The notes below the pieces were generated by a model, which saw only the letters and a list, made by a program, of their open reading frames with translations, had not been told where the DNA came from and made no database searches. Made by a program: the position numbers and the translations under genes. A stretch of DNA of 64,000 bases from Alphaproteobacteria bacterium. Its GTDB lineage: Bacteria; Pseudomonadota; Alphaproteobacteria; UBA828. The stretch covers positions 768,001-832,000 of the forward strand of contig CBDCQT010000013.1 of the NCBI GenBank assembly GCA_965220745.1, read 5' to 3'. How positions within the stretch are numbered: position 1 is the first letter of the stretch; every line of letters begins with the position of its first letter. Shown here in pieces: positions 62,643-64,000 of the stretch.

Positions 62643-62770
62643 GACGTTGCCGCCATAGGTGCGCACCGGCGCCCCGCAATTCAAGTCGGGTCGAGAGAGG
62701 AGAGGCACGAGGAATGGCCCGCACGGCGCGCGCTGCGCTACACTCGGCCGCGGCGACGGAGAGGCGCCCC

Positions 62771-63574
62771 ATGATGCCGACACAAGCCGAGATCGAGGCC
62801 TATCGCACCGACGGGGTGGTGTGCCTGCGCGGGGTGATCGACCAGGACTGGATCGAGCGGCTGCGCGAGGGCGTCGCCGCCGACATGGCGGAACCCGGCC
62901 CCCATGTCGAGATCTACACCGAGGACTCCGACCCCGGCCTCTTCTTCAACGACTTCGACCTCTGGCGCCATGTGCCGCAGATGAAGGCGTTCGCCCTGGA
63001 GGGGCCGTGCGCCGGGATCGCCGCCGCGCTCTCTGGCGCGTCCACCATCACCTTCTTCTACGACCAGGTGTTCGTGAAGGAGCCCGGCACCGAAGGCCTC
63101 ACCCAGTGGCACCAGGACCAGCCCTACATGGCGGTGGACGGCCAGCAGTTCTGCTCCAACTGGATCCCGCTCGATCCGATCACGCCGGAGACCACTCTGG
63201 AGTTCGTGAGGGGCTCCCACCTCTGGGGGCGCTGGTTCGCGCCCTTCGACAGCATGCTGGACGGCGTCCGTCATCCCGGCACCGCGTTCGAGCGCTGCCC
63301 GGATATCGAAGGCGCGCGCGAGGACTACGACATCGTCTCGTGGGACCTGGAACCGGGAGACTGCATCTTCTTCCAGGGGCTGATCGTGCACCAGGGCCGC
63401 AACAACCCCACGCGCGATACTCGACGCCGCACCCTGACCCACCGCTGGCTCGGCGACGACATCCGCTTCATTCTGCGCGAGCCGCCGGCCGAGTTTCCCA
63501 AGCATCCCACCGCGCTCCGCACCGGCCAGCCCTTCCACGAAGATCCGCAGTACCCGGTCGTCTGGCGGGCGTAA
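62771..63574 (+). CDS. Phytanoyl-CoA dioxygenase (PhyH) family Fe/2OG enzyme
   Basis: KEPG, WHQD, GSH.W, PGD..F....H, RR. Confidence 0.9.
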   Translation: MMPTQAEIEAYRTDGVVCLRGVIDQDWIERLREGVAADMAEPGPHVEIYTEDSDPGLFFNDFDLWRHVPQMKAFALEGPCAGIAAALSGASTITFFYDQVFVKEPGTEGLTQWHQDQPYMAVDGQQFCSNWIPLDPITPETTLEFVRGSHLWGRWFAPFDSMLDGVRHPGTAFERCPDIEGAREDYDIVSWDLEPGDCIFFQGLIVHQGRNNPTRDTRRRTLTHRWLGDDIRFILREPPAEFPKHPTALRTGQPFHEDPQYPVVWRA

Positions 63575-63671
63575 GCCTGGCCGGCCCGCTTTCCCGTTCC
63601 CGCGCCATCTGCTAGAGCACGATCCGATCGAACCGGATCGCGTCGGCTCGGGCGACACCCACCTCTTCCTG

Positions 63672-63772
63672 TCCCTCTCCCCCCCTCAAGGGCGGAGAGG
63701 GAACGCAGGCGGGACCGGCCTTCTCTCCCTCTCCTCCCCGCCGGGGAGGAGAGGGCCGGGGAGAGGAGGGGG
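63672..63772. repeat. REP-like GC palindromes
   Basis: CCCTCTCCCCCCTCAAGGGCGGAGAGGG and CCCTCTCCTCCCCGCCGGGGAGGAGAGGG stem-loops. Confidence 0.65.
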
Positions 63773-63842
63773 CCGGACCGTCGCGATCCCGTAAGGTCCG
63801 GGATTTCTCTGGGCACGGCGCACGGTCACAAAGGAGCAGGCG

Positions 63843-64000
63843 ATGGGCGGCGGAACCGGCGAGTTGGTCATGGTCCACACGGTGGCGGGGCTGATCGATC
63901 TGTTCGATGGGCTGCGTGCAGAGATCGACCCCGACGTTCCGGTGCGCCATGTGGTTCAGGCAGCGCTGCTGACCGACGCAATCGACGCGGGCGGGCTGAC
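63843..64000 (+). CDS. Asp/Glu/hydantoin racemase-like protein, partial
   Basis: RBS AAGGAG; reads MGGGTGELVMVHTV.GL...F.....E..P...VRHVV...LL.DA. Confidence 0.55.
   Translation, partial: MGGGTGELVMVHTVAGLIDLFDGLRAEIDPDVPVRHVVQAALLTDAIDAGGL

Overview
High-GC proteobacterial window (MreB looks alphaproteobacterial; the taurine, S8-peptidase and IS-remnant content suggests a marine, possibly host-associated MAG, which is inference). Positions ~1-45,900 are a mosaic accessory region. It holds the end of a RIT (recombinase-in-trio) element inserted in a MoxR-type AAA ATPase gene, a NADAR gene, a coiled-coil protein with a RelE-like tail, a TonB receptor and two iorAB-type molybdoenzyme pairs. 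It also holds a LysR/ABC/pentein/xsc sulfonate cluster, a porin / GPP34-cytochrome-b fusion / 11-heme cytochrome c / DUF3365 cluster, an S8 peptidase, an orphan mreB and many pseudogenes. Positions ~45,900-64,000 look more like backbone catabolic genes: amidases, glxBCD-type N-methylglutamate synthase, asparaginase, an intradiol dioxygenase, an amidohydrolase, threonine aldolase and a PhyH enzyme. This part is interrupted by an AT-rich retropepsin cassette and an IS701 fragment inside an MFS gene. Best candidates for an undescribed system: (1) a split cucumopine-synthase/McbB-like gene pair heading the glxBCD operon, (2) the GPP34-fused redox module, (3) the small-protein plus retropepsin pair, (4) the 32-bp palindrome at the RIT junction. 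No rRNA, tRNA or CRISPR array was recognised. All family calls are by-eye motif recognition, not database searches.
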